A stretch of 63,811 bases of DNA, filler included, from Perkinsus chesapeaki ATCC PRA-425 (GCA_013115145.1; 9 parts of 9 records of this genome joined end to end with filler, not necessarily neighbours in it); one strand, 5' to 3'. Counted from the first letter of the whole stretch, positions 22,571-35,424 are shown. Notes: generated from the letters alone by a model not told the origin. Translations and numbers: made by a program.

Positions 22571-22629
22571 TGGATTTAGGGTATCTTTGTAGATCTGGAT
22601 TCCAGATCTACAAAGATACCCTAAATCCA
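22571..22629. repeat. Perfect 59-bp palindrome (29-bp arms, 1-nt centre)
   Basis: TGGATTTAGGGTATCTTTGTAGATCTGGA-T-TCCAGATCTACAAAGATACCCTAAATCCA. Confidence 0.95.
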
Positions 22630-22719
22630 GATTCTGGAATTACTGGATGGAACTTGCATAATTTAAAGGCGACACACAACCACGGTATCACACGCTGTGA
22701 CTCACACTGTGACTTTCAT

Positions 22720-22765
22720 GTCCCACTATGCTACACTGTGAGTCTCACATGCAGCATAGTGGGAC
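22720..22765. repeat. Compound hairpin (13-bp outer stem, 6-bp inner stem)
   Basis: GTCCCACTATGCT-ACAC-TGTGAG-T-CTCACA-TGC-AGCATAGTGGGAC. Confidence 0.85.
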
Positions 22766-23671
22766 GCAAAAGTCGTGTCGCGCCCGCAGACCTACAGTAG
22801 GTAGGCAGCCCCAGTAACTTACTGGCAATAAGCGGGGCCGACCTAGAGAGGGGCGTCGGAGTTATCGATCTAATGGCCGCGTATTCGATAACTGTCCGTG
22901 CCCGGGCGCTCCTGACTCTCCCCTGTCAAGTTGACGAGGAGTGATTTTCGCCTGTCGGTCCTCCCTTTGTGAATATCGCACTCTCTGTCACGGTCCGTTA
23001 AACAACTAAATCGACCAAGGTATATTCAACATTCTCCATTAGGCCTCACCGTCAACAGGAACATCGTGATAGGCCAAAGAGAAGTTGATAAGAGGAAGAT
23101 GATGGTCAGAGATATGGTGCAAATATTGTGAACGAACTATATCACAAACTTGAGCATGTTGTCGAGCCCGCGTGACAAGTTAATAAAGACTATTATAAGC
23201 AATATATAGAATAAATTAATATATTACCAGCTGTATAATAATTAATAGAGTGATATAGCATTACTGTAGTAGTAGCTAATTAGTAATTAACCAACTACAT
23301 GAGAGAGTTGTGCGCAACCAGATGTGATTACATAACCAGTCGTCATCAATCACATTATCACATTTGCGCCAGGAGAGAGGTTCATAGGTGAACGATTAAC
23401 AGTTAAGAGTAGTTTATTTTACTGTTGAAGGTTTCTGGATCACCCGGAGTAGTTCCCTCGGTAGTATTGAAACGACTTCATATTTCCTGCTCAATTCACT
23501 TTACAAACCCAACTCCGACGAACAACTGAAGCTAGCATCACCGTTCCAATAGTTGGCGGCAGTTCGGTATCAGGTATAACCCACTCGGTCGTAGGCTACG
23601 AGTCGCAGCTAATGGTTCGCTGAGATTGGCTCAGTCGAACTGCTCCTTAATACAACGGAGAATCTACAAAA

Positions 23672-24124
23672 CTAATGAGATAGCGAGGGGGGCCATGGAA
23701 ACGGGGAACGTGATACACGTTGTGCGTGCTCGAGTACGAACGCGAGGGAGCCATCGTACTCCACTTGAAACTCGTCGTCGAAGTAATCAAAATACACACG
23801 GAGCTTCTCCTGAACCTCCGGCTCCAAGCCAATTTCAGTCAAGAACGCTCTGCCGCTCTCGGTAGCCTGGAAATTGTACAAATGTCGAGGGTCATCCTCA
23901 GGAGGGCTCTCCAGTTTGAACTCGACATTAGTGAACTTTTGGGACTTGGCGCCTTTAGAAAGAGTAACCGTAACAGTGCTGTTGTCCGCGTTGAGCTCCA
24001 CGATGATTGGGGCAAAGTCCTAAGGGTCATTGAGGATCAGCAGATAGATAGATGCGTTGCTAAGTTGTAACGCCAAGGATACATTTAACACCACAAGCGA
24101 AATTAACAGCGATCTTGGCATCAT
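23672..24124 (-). pseudogene. Intronless secreted-protein gene with one in-frame TAG (24022-24020)
   Basis: ATG at 24124 gives the signal peptide MMPRSLLISLVVLNVSLA, in frame through NDP*DFAPIIV into the 109-aa ORF. Confidence 0.6.
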
Positions 24125-26454
24125 AGTTGAAGGGGTTCACGGTAATAATAAGTGAAGGATTTCAAGCTGATTAGTTTGCTTAAGCTTTGTTGTACGTATG
24201 TACAGTTTGTAGCTACTAATATCGCGTCTCTGTGACGCCTCCACCTCGTTCCGGTAACAATGCATATGGTTCATTTACAGAGAGTTAGACTCATTGCCAA
24301 TGAGTCATTGGCTCAATCGGCAATCTGGCCTAACTTACTGACACTGTCACAGTATAGCTTTGTACAACCGGCACGACCAAACTATGAAACGTGAGCTTCT
24401 CGCGCGTCGCCCGTACGATTCACAAGTATTAAAATGCGAGTCCAGTGGAATCCGGCTGTAGTGAGGGGTACTTAATGGAGGCTCTGCTTAAAAGTAAGGA
24501 ACCGACGTAAGCTATTTTTACCTGGAAAGGGAGGAAAATGCAGGAGCTCTACCGTGGTGGCAACATATATCCATGCCAACACGTTTTAGAGGGAAAATTT
24601 GTAGCGTTTGTTTGAACTCGGGCTACAATTCAATATTCAGGCTGTATCGATTTGGCACGCCAAATGGACAGATATTCGTGCCGTTAAGATGATGCTGTAG
24701 GATACATATTGTAGAGGCATGCATTACCATCGCCTAGAAATTAAATACTATGGATTCCGCGTATTACAACTACTCGTTGATATATACGTGCGGCGTGAGA
24801 TTCTCTCGTGCATGCTAGAGCAATAACTTTATGAAGCTAGCCACCTATAAGTCTCATATGTTTATAAATGTTGAGATCTTGGGAATGACTGGAAGTATCG
24901 AAGATTATTAATTGATGAACCGATATCGCACTTACTTCCTGCAGACTTATTAGCAGATGCACTCGCACTGGTTGACTCAACAACTGGATTGGGCATAATT
25001 GGATTAAGTACAAACAATATNNNNNNNNNNNNNNNNNNNNNNNNNNNNNNNNNNNNNNNNNNNNTTAATTAATTAANNNNNNNNNNNNNNNNNNNNNNNN
25101 NNNNNNNNNNNNNNNNNNNNATCGTCCATCGGCAATTGGGACTTCCATGGTATATGCCATCAGCTGGAGGCCTACGCCTTTCATGGTACAATGTACCGTT
25201 GCACTTGTCACTGGGCGGGCGAGTAAACTGTGGTAGTGTGGCTGTGACTAATGGTAGTGTGGCTGTGACTGGCGACTTGCTCCTCGCTGCAGTGCCAATC
25301 AGTGAAGATGAGTTACTCGGCGGCTCGAGGATCGGACGATCAGTGACATGAAGTTCTTCAAACGTGATCGCTTCTTGAGGACTTCCCGGTGAGCTTAACC
25401 TAACTGCTGGCCGAGAGTTCCTCGATAGCGTTTCATAAGTGGGCTTTTGGGAGCTTGTGGGCTACAGCATGATGGGCATCAGTCGACGCTTCCTGAATTG
25501 AAGCAAATGCTTCCTCAAGACCAGAAAGCGAGACAATCGTAGGCGTGCATGCCTCAAATAACCGAGAGACGGTGTCGTTCTGAAGCATCGGGTACCAAAT
25601 ATAGCAACACACTTACTATTGAGTTAACGCGAGGATAATATCAATGGAAGGGATCTAATTATTAAATGTACAACTTAAACTCACTACTAGCCTAGCTAGC
25701 TAAGATATCGCTAAGGGGACAGGGCGTCACAGCAGTTGGATAAAGGTCACGAGGAGTTCTCGAAAACGAGCATCTCCTCATCATGCGTAATGTTTGTTAA
25801 CTGGCGGAACACAACCCAAACTCTGGCGAGCAAGGGTATTAATATTATCCGAGGTTCGTAGTGTGAACTATCGTTGATCGTAGAATGACTTTTCTTAAAT
25901 TATATCATAATAGGTCTATAGAAGGATTGAGTATCAGATGGATAGGTTAGCTAACGTAGTCACCGAGTAATATACTGTAACCATTCAAGGTCTTTAAACT
26001 AAAGATTATTGTCTGTGAAGGATCGCCGTTGGGAATGGCTTATTAGAACCACCCCTTTGACCGCTTGAACCTTTAACAGTTCTCTAACGGTTACCCCCTA
26101 TACTTCACATGGCAGCTTCACCACACCTACTATAGAGGTGACATTATATGTCTTTCTCGCTCGCCAATAAGCATGTAGATCTCCTAATGTAACGGTTCTG
26201 ACTCAGAACTTCTGAGACGGTTCGGTTCTGAGAAACCAGCCTTTTAATTAAGTATAATTATTATCTGTATTCAGTCAGTAATCATGCCTAACGATCCATC
26301 CCCACGTGTTGACTCTACTAGTTCGGGGGTTCTTGCGAACAGGACTGTTCACAAGCTCGTGACATTGTCTGGACTGTCTAATCCGCTGTCACAGTGTCAC
26401 GAAAAGACAATGAACAACCACACCGTGATTCGCGGTTCCAAGCTGACAACGAGA

Positions 26455-27134
26455 ATGTTCAAGTTGCTCAACTTCATCGCTGGTACTCACTATATTGCAT
26501 GTGGGCAGAAGTCTACCCTTGAGGGGTATTATATTGCTGATATTGGTACTTACGACAACGACTTACTCTTCTATCATAACAACCTCTCTATACATCTACG
26601 AGCTCAGTACGTCGGACTAAGGGCTTCGACGGTTTATACATATGATGAGGCGACGGGCTCAATCAACATAGATTCCAAGTATCTCAATGCTAGTGCAGAA
26701 ACGTTCCCCTACGTTGGTTATCGTTGGAAGTCGAGGTATAACAGCAGCATGATCGCCGACGCCGACAGCCTACAAAGCCTATGGAGCTTGCCCTCTTGGG
26801 GGTGGTCCTTGACCAGGATTCCTGGTCCAGGAAGTCACGGAGGCCTTGCGTTCAATGAGAGCAGCTTGACTGGCTCCTTGATAAGCGATCATGGTCTCGT
26901 CTTATTTTTTTTGGATTGGACTTTACCGTGAAGCGAGACTATGCCACAAACTTTCTTGATGTCATACCAGTGTTACCTAGCCCTTCTGAATATCCATATG
27001 TTGGTTTCGGTTTTGAAGTGCAATTGGACGCACTTAGGGATGCCGTGGTGATCAACGCGTTGAATCGTGTTGCAGGACATCGCACTGTGTTCAAAGGCAT
27101 AGTTTGCAATCGGACCCTGCCTAGGCTAATCTAG
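26455..27134 (+). pseudogene. Two-module secreted-type protein, frameshifted near a T homopolymer (~26905-26912)
   Basis: MFKLLNFIAG... start, EGYY motif, and repeated FPYVGY / YPYVGF in overlapping ORFs 26284-26931 and 26916-27134. Confidence 0.5.
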
Positions 27135-28852
27135 GTTAGATACTGTACGCCATTCCCGCCGTCTAAAGACGTATTAAGTCTTGTCCTGATATAGTCTCCA
27201 GGACACAATAGTCTGGGCAATCATTGCCCACATGAATAGAAAAGTAGACAATGAAGTAGACAACCCGAATAGACGGACTGGTAGCCTTCGGATGCCCCCC
27301 GGTAATACTGGGTTGGGGTTACATTAGAGTCTCGGGCGGTTGTGTTCGGGGCTTGGACGAATCTTGCGACCTCCGAATAGACGGACTGGTAGNNNNNNNN
27401 NNNNNNNNNNNNNNNNNNNNNNNNNNNNNNNNNNNNTTAATTAATTAANNNNNNNNNNNNNNNNNNNNNNNNNNNNNNNNNNNNNNNNNNNNTTGTCAAT
27501 CAAGGCCTTCAGTGGGGGTCGCTTTGCGGAATGGATGCTTGGAAGATCTTTGATCCTCAGTGAGAATTTCTCACAGCAATTGATGTTAAACGGATATTCT
27601 CAGCGCGTCTACCAGCGCTCATCATTTGGCCTGAGCTGCCACATACGAGATTTATACATGCACCTTGTGCACTCGCGGCTGGTCTGTTCGAGGAGCTTAT
27701 CATATTGAATGCGAATACTGTTCACCAAACTACAGATCGGTTCGCGGTCTTTCCTCACCATTGATGATTTGGCAAATCACAGGAGCTCATAACTTCTCAG
27801 ATTGTCTTCTCTAGGGCGAACCCAATACCACTCGCTCAAAGCAAGTCCTCAGAACGGGGACTCGTCCAGAGATCACATGGGCCCACTTTGAGCGCTTCTC
27901 GCCAGTAGTTTTTATCGCGTTCGTGAAGCTTCGTTTCATTACAGGCGAAGTCAGAATAGATTCGACGACTCCTCGCAGGACAGAGTGTATCGGTAGCTCC
28001 AGAAGGGTGGATAACTTTGGATGCCAGCTCAGAGGGCCGAGCAATAGATGATTGTACACCGTGTATTGTCCTCACCACTGCGCTATAACTAACGCAACGA
28101 GAATCTCGGTATGACAGCGAACTACGCCATTGCATGCGTCCCCCGTGTAATGATACATCCCCGAGGGTAGTAAAATCGTTCAGCACATCGCCTCACATCA
28201 ACATCGGTAAACCCTGCGGTATATCTTCACTGTCAGGAGTTGATGAGATTCTTACAGTGGCGAGGTTTAAGTGCCTCGGGAGAGTTCTCATCGCAGTAGA
28301 AGTCCAGTAAGGCGAGAATTTTGTTCTCTTGCTCAGCGATGATATTGGCTAGACTAGCTCCGTCACGTAGTGGATGATTCATCCAGGATGAATGAATTTA
28401 TCTTGAAGAGTTTTGCAATCTCCGTCGGAGACATATAAAAGTAGAAGTTCATGAAAAGTCGCGTCATTCGTCTTTCACGATAGCGGAGGTAATACTTTAC
28501 CAAGGAATACGAACACCGGACTAGTAGTATGGCACTACTGGACAGTGGATCACTGTCTGTGATAAATGCTAATGCTTTCACAGTTTGTTTGTTACTAACA
28601 AGCTGTTAGCATCTTGGCTGAATTTTGTTATCAGTCTGAAGTTCAGACTCTGAACTGAGTGCCTTTCGCACACCAGTAAAAGTCTCTCAGAGAGATAAGG
28701 AATAATGCTGACTAGCATCACAGAGAAGAGCAGCGTTTTGTAGCTTACTCAAAGAACACCGACGCCTTCATCCTACCATTCAACATGTAAAATTTGAATC
28801 AGTCTTCGGAATTCTCGTTAGTTTACGAAATCAGTCGGTGGATAAAATGAAA

Positions 28853-28997
28853 GTGTATGACATTTCGGTGTATGAAGTTGAAGTGTATGACTTCACATGT
28901 GTACGGGCATACAGTGTATGAACTATGGGAGAGTGGAGGCTAAGTGTATGAACTTACAGAGTATGACCATATGGTGTATGAACATTTAGTGTATGAC
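28853..28997. repeat. 15-nt-period array of a conserved GTGTATGA core with variable 7-nt spacers
   Basis: Cores at 28853, 28868, 28883, 28899, 28914, 28944, 28959, 28974 and 28989. Confidence 0.85.
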
Positions 28998-29215
28998 CTT
29001 GATGGGACGCACTTGGTCACCAAGTCAAGGTCAGTGACCTTATCGATCGATATGGCCATCGATACGTCATGCCTCAAAAGTTTGCCTGCTCTATCATCGA
29101 GGACGTTCATAATTTGAACTTCATGTATTCCTTGGACATTCTCCTATCAAGCAAACTCGTGATAACATCGTGAAGGCCTTCTACATCCCCGACGTCTCAG
29201 CAAGTTTAGCATGTA

Positions 29216-29989
29216 GTGTCTCGATGTGTCTGCCAGTTCTCAGCTGGTCGACGTTGCAACATCAGCCCTATTGGCCCACCACTTACAAGTTCTGCACGGT
29301 CTATGAAGATTCTCGATTGCTGCTTCTTGGATGTGGCAGGCGCATTACCAATATCGACCAGCTTCTCTCATCCCTTCAAGTACATCATATCATGTATGGA
29401 CTGCTGCGGTGGCTATTGTTGGTTCTGGCCCACACCCGACATTTCCAGCAGGACCATCAGTGGTATTTTGGAGACTAGATTGGTCGACCAGGTTGGAGTC
29501 CCGAGAGCGTTTGTTGTTGACAATGCCCGCTACTTTAGTGGCGTGTTCTTCGAAAGTTGGATCGCTAGTTTCGGTGATACGCTGCGCTTTATTCCTGTAG
29601 CTAGCCCGCATCGCAATGCCTCACACGAACGACGACTCTGGTCTGATTCAGACCGTCTGAAGAAGAGTCTCAAGGCACTTTGCGCTAAGAATCCGGAGAC
29701 GTGGCCGTCCTATGTTACTAAGGCTCAACGCCGAGTTAAAACCCCCACCACCTACGGCTACAGCCCCCAGGAGCTATTTTATGGATTTTATAGCACGACC
29801 CCGTTCAATCGAAGGTTCGAGGATGTCAACGACGCCATCGATGAAGACAGTGTCCGCTCTGAAGCTCGCCGCCGTGTTCGTGAACGTCAGAAGATGATTG
29901 ACAGCACCCTCAACATGATGGAAAAGCTGCGCGCTCTCGTGTTGATCCAGCAACATATTCTCGGCAAGTATCACGACGACGCGCTCTAA
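29216..29989 (+). mobile_element. Retrotransposon integrase catalytic core (rve-like), degenerate
   Basis: FLDVAG...YIISCMD...GVPRAFVVDNARYF...SPHRNASHER...GYSPQELFYG resembles the D,D(35)E core of LTR-retrotransposon integrases. Confidence 0.75.
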
Positions 29990-30415
29990 AAGTTTGTGAC
30001 TCTGTGATGGAATGGGTCCGCAATGCTGATCCCCTGACGCCCTCGTGGAGCAAGCACTTGGTGATTCTACCTACAGTATATCCTATCTGATGGCACAGTT
30101 CAAGACTCCAGGCACATGAGAAGATATTATAGCAGTAATTAATGATGATTTAGTACATTTATGCCTTTTTTATGATTCATTCTGATGACGATGACAATCT
30201 TATGGGGAGGGGAGATGATAAGATTCTGTACTTTGTCCCATTTGCTGCTTGTCGTCAGATGCCAGAGTCTTCGGTGCAAAGAATAGTCCGGGAGCTCGAG
30301 TCCGAGGGCGATAGANNNNNNNNNNNNNNNNNNNNNNNNNNNNNNNNNNNNNNNNNNNNTTAATTAATTAANNNNNNNNNNNNNNNNNNNNNNNNNNNNN
30401 NNNNNNNNNNNNNNN

Positions 30416-32268
30416 ACCGGCGTCTGAATGCTATAACTCGCTTTGATAGCTTTCCGCTCCCTCAGATAAATACTCTACTATCCAAACTGACCGGAAAGCG
30501 ATACTTTTCAAAGCTAGATATGTATTCCGGGTTTTGGCATCTGGCTGTACACAAAAGCCATATCTGTAAAACGTCCTTTACTACGCCCTATGGCATTTAT
30601 GAATATCTTAGGCTCCCATTCGGACTCGTGGGAGCACCGGCTTCGTTCATGCGCATGGTGTCCAGCGTCTTTGCTGATATGTTGTGTGAGACAGATTCTC
30701 AAGGAGACATTAGCTTAGCGGCCTATATGGACGATTTATTGGTGAGTAGTAGGACGTGGTCAGATCATTTGGCTCATCTTTCCCGAGTCTTTGAGCGTTG
30801 TCTCGAGAAAGGGGTTCGGCTAAAGCCGTCCAAGTGCTATTTTGGCTTGCCTCAGATTGATTATGTAGGCTACAGGGTGTCAAAAGATGGCGTTTCGCCA
30901 GATCCAACTAAGGCTCGGGAGATAGCCTCTATTACTACTCCAACTAGTAAGACTAGTCTCCAGGCCTTCTTAGGTTTGAGTGGATATTACAGAGACCACA
31001 TCTCAGGCTACGCGTCGCGTACGTGCCATCTGCGGCGTTTAACCCATGATAATGTGCCTTGGAGGTGGTCCGAGAGAGAACAGCGTGAATTTGAAGACAT
31101 CAAGGGATCTCTCTCTAACTCTGTATTAATACACCCTAACTTCAGTAAGGCTTTCGTTGTGCAAGCTGATGGGAGTAGCTGTGGTCTAGGTGCGGCTCTC
31201 TGTCAAGTGGATTCTAACGGCATTGAAAGGCCAGTGAAATTTGCTAGCCGAGCTTTGACTTCGGCAGAGAGTAAGTGGCCTACAGAGCAAATTGAGTTGC
31301 TCGCAATCCTTTGGGCTATTGAACACTGGCACTATTACTTATATGGTCGTCATTTTACTGTAGTGAGTGACCATGACAATCTACGCTGGTTGTTAAACGT
31401 CTCTCCTAGGAAACCACGTTTGTGCCGTTGGATTCTGCGTCTTTGTGAGTATGATTTCGATATTGTACATCGCAAGGGATCTGAGCATTCAAATGTGGAC
31501 TACTTCAGTCGATATCCTCCGGCCTCAGGTCATGCTGACGATCATCGACTAAGACAATCCTCTGGCCCTGGTGAAACTCGATCACATTGTGCCGCTCTGT
31601 GTAATCATACCGGCTGCAAGAGGCGACGGACGACAGCTTGCGACCAAAATGCTTCATCGCTATCCTCAACGTCGCTTTACTCTAAAGTCCACGTAGCGGT
31701 ATCTACAGAGGAGGTACCCCCACTTCGACTGCCTAGTCGGCAAGAAGTGATTGCTGCACAGCGACGTGACCCCAGTCTCAGCCAGGTTATCCAAGACCTG
31801 CCGCGAGTTGGTGATGATAACTTTTATAAGTTGGATCCTCTTGATGGCGCCTTGTTAATGGTTGCCCCGTACCCTGATAGTTGGGATATTCCACAGGACG
31901 TGGAAAAGTTAGTGATACCTGATGAGTACCACCTGAGTCAGGTGACCTGACGTTCTTACGATATTTTCATATTCAGCCTGATAGTGCCCACCAAGGCCGT
32001 GAAGCTACATTATCCAGTGTTGGTCGTTCTTTTTGGTGGTGTAATATGGCTAAGAGCGTCAAGAAGTTCTGTAAGCGTTGTCTAGGATGTCAACTACGCA
32101 AGAAATCGGCAAATCCGCATGTAGGTAAACTTAGAACTTCGATTTACACTAAGCCGTTCTCTGCAATTGGCGTTGACTTGATCGAAATGCCTCCTGGTGA
32201 AAGTGATTCCGAAGGTAAAACTTATCATTATATTTTCCATGCGGTGTGCCTCTTCTCCAACTATGTAA
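30416..32268 (+). mobile_element. pol: Ty3/Gypsy pol: RT, RNase H, integrase zinc finger and start of core; frameshift near 31940; truncated by contig ends
   Basis: LPFGLVGAP, AYMDD, VQADGS, IELLAILWAIEHW, VSDH, LCRWILRLCEYDF; then in another frame H...HQG...FWW...CKRCLGC and FSAIGVDL. Confidence 0.93.
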
Positions 32269-34166
32269 NNNNNNNNNNNNNNNNNNNNNNNNNNNNNNNN
32301 NNNNNNNNNNNNTTAATTAATTAANNNNNNNNNNNNNNNNNNNNNNNNNNNNNNNNNNNNNNNNNNNNCACTACAAATATTCAAGTAACACGCTCCGGAC
32401 GGTAATCCCCGAGTAAACTGGGTCAACTACGTTAACCTGTATTCCCATTTTGGTAAGCATAGACTCCGTCGTAGGGCTCTCCGAGGATACCAGGTGAGTA
32501 GAACACCTGAGGCAGGAGTATGATAGAGGTGAGGGTCATAGTGTCCTCGCGTGGCGTGCTACAGAGAACCAGAGGTTAATGCATTCACGTAGCTGTTTCA
32601 ATTCCCGTAGCTAATCACAAAGCTACATGAATCACTGCAAAGTATTTCGTACGACTTGATCGAAAACCGTAGCCACACGTGAGCCCCTCATATCCTCCAC
32701 AGCAGAAGTACGTATACTGCGAATGACCAACCTCCGTTACTCTTTCTAGCTCATCGGCATAACAACCGCTGACTCCCCCCCATATACGGATTGGCGCCAT
32801 GTCTTTCGAGCTCAGATCATTCCCACATCTCGGACGGTCTACAGTGGACACCAAAAAGCTTATGTATAGCACTTCTACGCTTTGTTGACATATCCGGCCA
32901 ATAAATTTGCTCTGCATGGAGCCCCGTGCACCGAAGGGTATATTTTCTCGGGCTTGAAGAAGCTCGGCAATGGCGACTCCATTACCGCGGGGTCACCAGC
33001 TTGTTCTTGCGTGCGCAGTTGCCAGCCGGCGAGTCATAGGTGTGTAATTCGTAGATCAAAAACCTTTCAGCGCAAATGCACCTCGAGCGTCGGTTGTTTC
33101 TCAGCTCGAAACGCCTTCGTCGGTCTGATAACGGGTCGGACCTCTCCGCCTACTTCTTCCCCACCCCTCAGCATACTTGGTCTGGCCCCCACAATTGGCA
33201 GTGATTTTCGTTCTCTGGTGAAACAGCGAGAAGCCCATGCATCCCGGTCGCGTGAGCAGTGAAACCTTGGCCTCATTCCTGAAGCCGTCAACAGCGACAA
33301 CCTTCGTCTGGTGCATTGATTCTCGGGAGTGGTGAACCTAGATCATTTCAACGAGATAGAAAGGAGCGCAAATGAGAAATGATAAGTGCAATTAACAACG
33401 CGACAGATATACGATACTCTGCCTACAAAGTAGAAAAGCGTTGGTTGTATCGTGGAGACAGACTAGTGTGGAGATGATACATATTGTAGTCACTGGGCCG
33501 GAAATGTTCGTCGTGAACAAACGACGAATCAAAAAAGACTTGGGAGAAAGTTTCATAATCATTGTTCCTCACTAAGGACTTCACTAGACGGTAGTCAGTA
33601 TCGGGGCCCTCTAGTAGATTGTGGACTAAGGAAACTATAAAGACAAGGGATATTCTAGTATACAAAAGGCAGGGGGGCATAAGATCATGAACTACCCCAG
33701 ATAGCCCAATGTTTATATTTACCAGTGTGACTGAATATTCAAGTTGAGAGTAGTATGCAATGAATATCATATAGCAGAACAATTTTTTATTAGGCAAGAG
33801 AGAATGACGTCAGACCAGTGAGGTGTCCAAATAGTGTTAACAACACTAGGAAGACTATAAAAATTCTCGATGATAGCACTGGAGGTATTCACAATGATCC
33901 TGCAACGAAGGTTCAAGCGCTCTCTCGCTCCATTGAAAGTTTCAATTTGAAACGATGGTAGAAAGACCCTTCCTTGCTAAATTCACAACTTCATATCTCG
34001 AAGGTTTCTAATAAACTGGGAAAAAGCTCACGACGACTGCTCATTTTCACTAAGAACGTTAACTGTCAACGCAACCCTGCTAGCGTTCCGGCAGATTTTA
34101 GTATAAGTACAACAACATTCATGGTGAAAACATCTAAGGGACACCTCGAGCAATCGCGCACGACCT

Positions 34167-35234
34167 TCAATGGAGCGCCAACCCCACTGTTTGATCTATC
34201 CCGTTGAATCGAATTGCTCGGCCTAGGAAGAAAGGAGTCCCCAGCAGCCATCGTTTGCTATATTTCAAACGAAGCTTGCATAGGCCATCCACGGTGCCCG
34301 GATCTAGGTCATAAACATAATGGCGTGGTTTGATGGTAGTTGACATCGTGGTCCCATCTTCTAGTTTGAAATGCAGTTTAAGATCAGGGAAATATTTCAC
34401 ATCATCGCACTGAACATATATGGAAATTCCTTGACCAACCCACACCTGATGTTTCTTCATTCTTGTCGCAGTTGTCTGGATGAGCAATATCAATTCCGCA
34501 ATCGATTCTTCTGGACATCCTATGCTCCAAGCACCACTATCCAAAAGAGCAGGAGCGTTGATGACTATATCGTTGCCAAAATATGTCAAAGATGAGTGTC
34601 CGTTACTTATTTTCGCAAGGTACACTCGCCACTTCAAATTATAATGCCCATTGAAAAGCGGCAAATAAACCAGTGTGCCAACCTCTCGTGTCTCTTGTGG
34701 TTTGAGTTGGCCGAGGAGCAACTCACCATTCCCTTCGTTATCCACCACAATTGTAAAGACATTGTGTTTGATAACTCCGTGAGTGATCAGTTGTTGTAGG
34801 AAGGATCCTGATTGCTTCCGCGGGAATCCCAAGCCCAATAGTGATATTCCTTCAGAGATCTCCCTTTCTTCCCCATTTGCAATGCTCGCGCTAATACCCA
34901 CGCCGAGTTCCATTTTTAATGATGTTCTAGCCGGGAGTAATGCAACTGCACCGCCAATAGGAAGCAAGTCTATCTGTACTCTTCCGTATTTCTTTACTGT
35001 AAGCGCCTCTTCATTGATTGCTTCTGCAAAACTGGCGGTATCCATTCCCAAATCGGAGAGCATCACATGGAAGCTTATCGATCCAGTGTCGATTACCAGT
35101 TGTATTAACTGGTTAAATATCCGTAGTTCTGTCTTCAGCACTCTGTCAACGGTTCTTATTGGTAGATTCACAACTCCCTCGCTTCTATTCACCAAAACTA
35201 ACGCGGCAGGCGCATTTATTAGAACTCGCCGCAT
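34167..35234 (-). CDS. Intronless pepsin-family (A1) aspartic protease
   Basis: Two catalytic motifs VIDTGS and LLDSGA, GLLGLG-like SLLGLGF, and WLLGTPFF near the C-terminus. Confidence 0.9.
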   Translation of the reverse strand: MRRVLINAPAALVLVNRSEGVVNLPIRTVDRVLKTELRIFNQLIQLVIDTGSISFHVMLSDLGMDTASFAEAINEEALTVKKYGRVQIDLLPIGGAVALLPARTSLKMELGVGISASIANGEEREISEGISLLGLGFPRKQSGSFLQQLITHGVIKHNVFTIVVDNEGNGELLLGQLKPQETREVGTLVYLPLFNGHYNLKWRVYLAKISNGHSSLTYFGNDIVINAPALLDSGAWSIGCPEESIAELILLIQTTATRMKKHQVWVGQGISIYVQCDDVKYFPDLKLHFKLEDGTTMSTTIKPRHYVYDLDPGTVDGLCKLRLKYSKRWLLGTPFFLGRAIRFNGIDQTVGLALH

Positions 35235-35424
35235 GGTTAGGTAATGTTCTGAAGTGTCTTTCTTTGAGCAACACTGCTCAATTCCGGGCGTCCAAGTATC
35301 CTTCTTGCAATTTCTTCAATGCACTCTTTGGAAACACAACATGCTCAAACAATGGATGATGAAACGACCAGCGTCATGCACTTAAAATTAAAACAAAAAG
35401 AGGCGATTAGAATAACTTCAAACT

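Noticed and set aside
22574-22627. Telomere or telomere fusion (TTTAGGG/CCCTAAA)
   Set aside because: Only one unit per arm of the palindrome; no tandem array.
27493-28600. Decayed retroelement RNase H/integrase on the minus strand
   Set aside because: Only a CxxC and vague similarity with many stops; plausible but not supportable by eye.
28853-28997. CRISPR array
   Set aside because: Eukaryotic DNA, 8-nt repeats, 7-nt spacers and no cas genes.
32666-32675. Third SL copy (ACCGTAGCCA), and TTGGCT motifs upstream of the secreted genes as SL relics
   Set aside because: Matches of 10 nt or less are compatible with chance in 64 kb.
32369-33800. Gene fragments including ORFs 33423-33797 and 32615-32917
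   Set aside because: No consistent exon chain or recognisable motif could be built.
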